Shown: positions 25,393-27,574 of the stretch, in pieces
Layout: each line of letters begins with the position of its first letter
How positions within the stretch are numbered: the first letter of the stretch is position 1
Source: Candidatus Bathyarchaeia archaeon
GTDB lineage: Archaea > Thermoproteota > Bathyarchaeia > Bathyarchaeales > Bathycorpusculaceae
Direction of reading: 5' to 3'
Assembly: GCA_038883775.1 (NCBI GenBank)
Contig: JAVZLM010000010.1
Location: forward strand, 1-27,574
DNA length: 27,574 nt
Program-made: the position numbers and the translations under genes
Notes under the pieces: model-generated
What the model saw: the letters and a program-made list of their open reading frames with translations, nothing else
Databases searched by the model: none
What the model was told of the DNA's origin: nothing

Positions 25393-26296
25393 AATGAATA
25401 ACCCTAATCTTGTCTGTTCCTTGGAATGGAGTTCCATCAAAGAATTTGCCAGCCAGCGTCAAAGAAACTTTTACAGACTTTTTATTGGAAGCCATTTCAT
25501 TCAAAGACTCTTTTATCAGGTCTATGACTTCTGTTCTGTTAAATTTCAAAACAATCAAATTCCAACGCTTGCAGATCGCATAATGCCTTTGGTCAGCGGG
25601 CACTGTTCCATTCAACGTTATTGATGAAACATCAACATCGCTTACATTGTATTCTTTTGGCACCCTAACAATGGCAGTAATCCACCTTCCCCTACTCTTA
25701 AGGTTCAGCGTTCTAGGACAAAAACGTACACGAACATTCACTGGCGTTAAAGCTGCAATGATAAGATCTTGAAAGTCAGCATCGCCCAAACCCCACAAAT
25801 CTTCCCAAGCAATTATATATCCAGACGCGTTTGGATTCACAAAAACTAACGCATGGTCTGTTCCATTTTCATTCCGCCAAGCCTCAGTATAGAAATAGCC
25901 CTCAGGCGAACCCAAGCACAAGCCGAAGGCTTCATCAGCAAAGAAATAGGCGGTGTCATTAACCGTGTTTTCTCCAAGAAACAAAAGATTCAGCTGCCCG
26001 TCACTTACCAAATACCAGCTTAAATTATTCATAGGCGCATAAGCGGCAATTTCAGCCAAAAAACTAATCCTATAATATCCAGCCGCAAAAACTTCAATTC
26101 CAGTCTCATCATTTGTAACGTTAATCGCATAACCATGCTCATCAAACCATTCCTGCAAAGTTGGCTCGCCATAAATCGTTGAATCCTCAGGAGAGGCATC
26201 AACAACAGAGTTAGCCATTAAACCAAAACTAAACAACACCGCCAACAACAAGCTAAAGGTCAGCATGAACTTTCTCATTTTCGTCTTCTCCAACAT
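25382..26296 (-). CDS. Secreted protein with DUF4114-like motif and C-terminal beta domain
   Basis: Signal peptide; AWEDLWGLGDADFQDLII; C-terminal PRTLNLKSRGRWITA...DVSSITLNG...F.GTD.IRV. Overlaps the ileS 3' end by 11 nt. Confidence 0.75.
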   Translation of the reverse strand: MLEKTKMRKFMLTFSLLLAVLFSFGLMANSVVDASPEDSTIYGEPTLQEWFDEHGYAINVTNDETGIEVFAAGYYRISFLAEIAAYAPMNNLSWYLVSDGQLNLLFLGENTVNDTAYFFADEAFGLCLGSPEGYFYTEAWRNENGTDHALVFVNPNASGYIIAWEDLWGLGDADFQDLIIAALTPVNVRVRFCPRTLNLKSRGRWITAIVRVPKEYNVSDVDVSSITLNGTVPADQRHYAICKRWNLIVLKFNRTEVIDLIKESLNEMASNKKSVKVSLTLAGKFFDGTPFQGTDKIRVIHFKK

Positions 26297-26407
26297 AAAT
26301 TTTGTTCACAAAGATAAAAACACTAAAGGAATAATATTACAGAAGAATCTTCTATAGGCTATATGCTACCAGAAACCATAAAATCAACCAAAACATCATT
26401 CTTAAAT

Positions 26408-26482
26408 GGGCCGGTAGATCAGTCTGGTATGATCGCCGCCTTCGCAAGGCGGAAGCCGCGGGTTCAAATCCCGCCCGGTCCA
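26408..26482 (+). tRNA. tRNA-Ala(CGC), intronless, CCA not encoded
   Basis: Acceptor GGGCCGG/CCGGTCC with G3:U70, D stem GATC/GATC, anticodon arm CCGCC-TTCGCAA-GGCGG, T arm GCGGG-TTCAAAT-CCCGC, discriminator A. Confidence 0.97.
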
Positions 26483-26524
26483 CAAATCTTTTACACTAAA
26501 AGAATTAACTCTGAGGTTCAGAAA

Positions 26525-26824
26525 GTGGAAGTTAAATGCTTTCCCAAACTTTCACAGGAACAGCAGAAAGTTTTGCCAAAGAATTATTGTCCCCCTCCAA
26601 TTGAAGGAACGTATTCTATCGATGACAAACATCCAGAAGGCGCCATCTACGTATATGTAGGTTACTGTGATTGGGAAAAGAACTTTGACTATTGCTTAAA
26701 AGAATTTATTCTGACAATTTTCCATGAAGCCATGCACATTATAGTTCCAGAAATAGAAGACTACATTCCATACGCAGAAAAAATACTTGCAGAAATTCTT
26801 GAAAGAAAGCCTAAAAGAAAGTAA
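26525..26824 (+). CDS. Small HEXXH (zincin-like) protein, 99 aa
   Basis: GTG start at 26525 after GAGG (the ORF-track start runs through the tRNA). GAIYVYV strand followed by TIFHEAMH and a downstream Glu-rich helix. Confidence 0.6.
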   Translation: MEVKCFPKLSQEQQKVLPKNYCPPPIEGTYSIDDKHPEGAIYVYVGYCDWEKNFDYCLKEFILTIFHEAMHIIVPEIEDYIPYAEKILAEILERKPKRK

Positions 26825-26832
26825 TTGGAATA

Positions 26833-26855
26833 CGGGCCCGGTGGGATTTAAACCC
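26833..26855 (-). other. tRNA 3'-end remnant (T arm + acceptor strand), possible att-site scar
   Basis: Minus strand reads GGGTTTAAATCCCACCGGGCCCG, i.e. a T loop (one change from GGTTCAAATCC) plus a CGGGCCC-G acceptor 3' strand. No D or anticodon arm is present. Confidence 0.6.
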
Positions 26856-26976
26856 TTTTGGGTTCAAGTCCTATAATCATAAGTTGCGCAGAAGTTCTGG
26901 CAGTTTTAGATAATGCAACCGCAACCATAATAAACTAACCAGCAGAATTTCAAACCGATAGAAAGGTCGCAGTGGT

Positions 26977-27246
26977 ATGAAATTTACAAAACATGCGAAA
27001 TCGAGGGCTGCTGAGAGAGGTATAACAGAAAGGACGATTTTGGAGGCGATATCGCAACCTTCCCAAACATACTATGATCTAAGCACTGGAGCGACAATAG
27101 TCTTTAAGAAACTGAATAAGAAGCATCTGTTGGTGGCCTACTCTAAAGAAGACAGTGAAATTAAAGTTGTAACAACATTTATAACATCAGATGCCCAAGA
27201 AATAATTAGCAGAAAACTGGGCAAAACATGGGTGAAAATTAAGTGA
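26977..27246 (+). CDS. DUF4258-family (RelE/BrnT-like) putative toxin
   Basis: MKFTKHAKSRAAERGIT...I..AI..P...IKVVTTF pattern; 89 aa. Confidence 0.82.
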   Translation: MKFTKHAKSRAAERGITERTILEAISQPSQTYYDLSTGATIVFKKLNKKHLLVAYSKEDSEIKVVTTFITSDAQEIISRKLGKTWVKIK

Positions 27247-27464
27247 AAGTTGAATACGATAGAGAGTCAGACATACTCTACATAAAATTCAAAGACGCCA
27301 AAATAGTAGATACGAAAATGTTAAGCGAAGACGCGTACATAGACCTTGACAAAGACGGAAACCTTGTCGGCGTAGAAATATGGAAGGCATCCCAAAACGC
27401 CATACTCCCAATATCAAAGGACATAGCCGAAAAACTCAAGCTAATATTAGAAAGTCCAGCCTAA
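27243..27464 (+). CDS. DUF2283-family putative antitoxin
   Basis: MKVEYDRESDILYIKF...IDLDKDGNLVGVEIWKAS; overlaps the toxin stop codon. Confidence 0.88.
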   Translation: MKVEYDRESDILYIKFKDAKIVDTKMLSEDAYIDLDKDGNLVGVEIWKASQNAILPISKDIAEKLKLILESPA

Positions 27465-27574
27465 AGTCGATTTTCTGAGCGTTTCTTGTAAGAAGTGGCT
27501 GGTTTACGCATAATGCTTATGTATTACATTGTATTCTCTATATTCTGGGATAACGTGTGACGGAGAAAAGCGCC

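Noticed and set aside
283-25624. Numerous 60-126 aa antisense or alternate-frame ORFs (e.g. 283-510, 652-930, 3199-3504, 3525-3833, 7481-7795, 11319-11699, 16443-16808, 23523-23873, 25286-25624)
   Set aside because: They are nested within or opposite well-supported genes and lack motifs or SD support; they are shadow ORFs.
26363-26524. First 54 codons of ORF 26363-26824
   Set aside because: They read through tRNA-Ala and its promoter, so they are unlikely to be coding.
27518-27528. ATGTA-T-TACAT palindrome near the right edge
   Set aside because: It is short and AT-rich, and the downstream gene is outside the window, so it cannot be evaluated.

Overview
Gene-dense archaeal chromosomal segment. 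Gene content and style suggest a TACK archaeon, probably Bathyarchaeia (inference). It is mostly housekeeping: mtaB, ftsZ (FtsZ2-like), metG, trm1, NTPase, rubrerythrin, rnhB, a COG1395 HTH protein, fibrillarin/nop5, pyrD/pyrK, ileS and tRNA-Ala(CGC). Accessory patches are: (1) a left-end PadR + Cys/His-rich small-protein operon with a perfect operator palindrome, a divergent unannotated 43-aa Zn-finger microprotein and a frameshifted beta-grasp-like gene; (2) a secreted beta-helix protein, a secreted metacaspase and an amidohydrolase; (3) a tRNA-adjacent island with a HEXXH mini-protein, a tRNA 3'-end remnant and a DUF4258/DUF2283 toxin-antitoxin pair. Features missed by the ORF track include a CdrS-like ribbon-helix-helix gene overlapping ftsZ and the Zn-finger microprotein. 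The 'dapA' carries HOGA-aldolase rather than DHDPS signatures, and metG lacks a canonical start codon where one is expected. No CRISPR array, rRNA, integrase or transposase was seen. All family assignments come from recognised motifs, not database searches.
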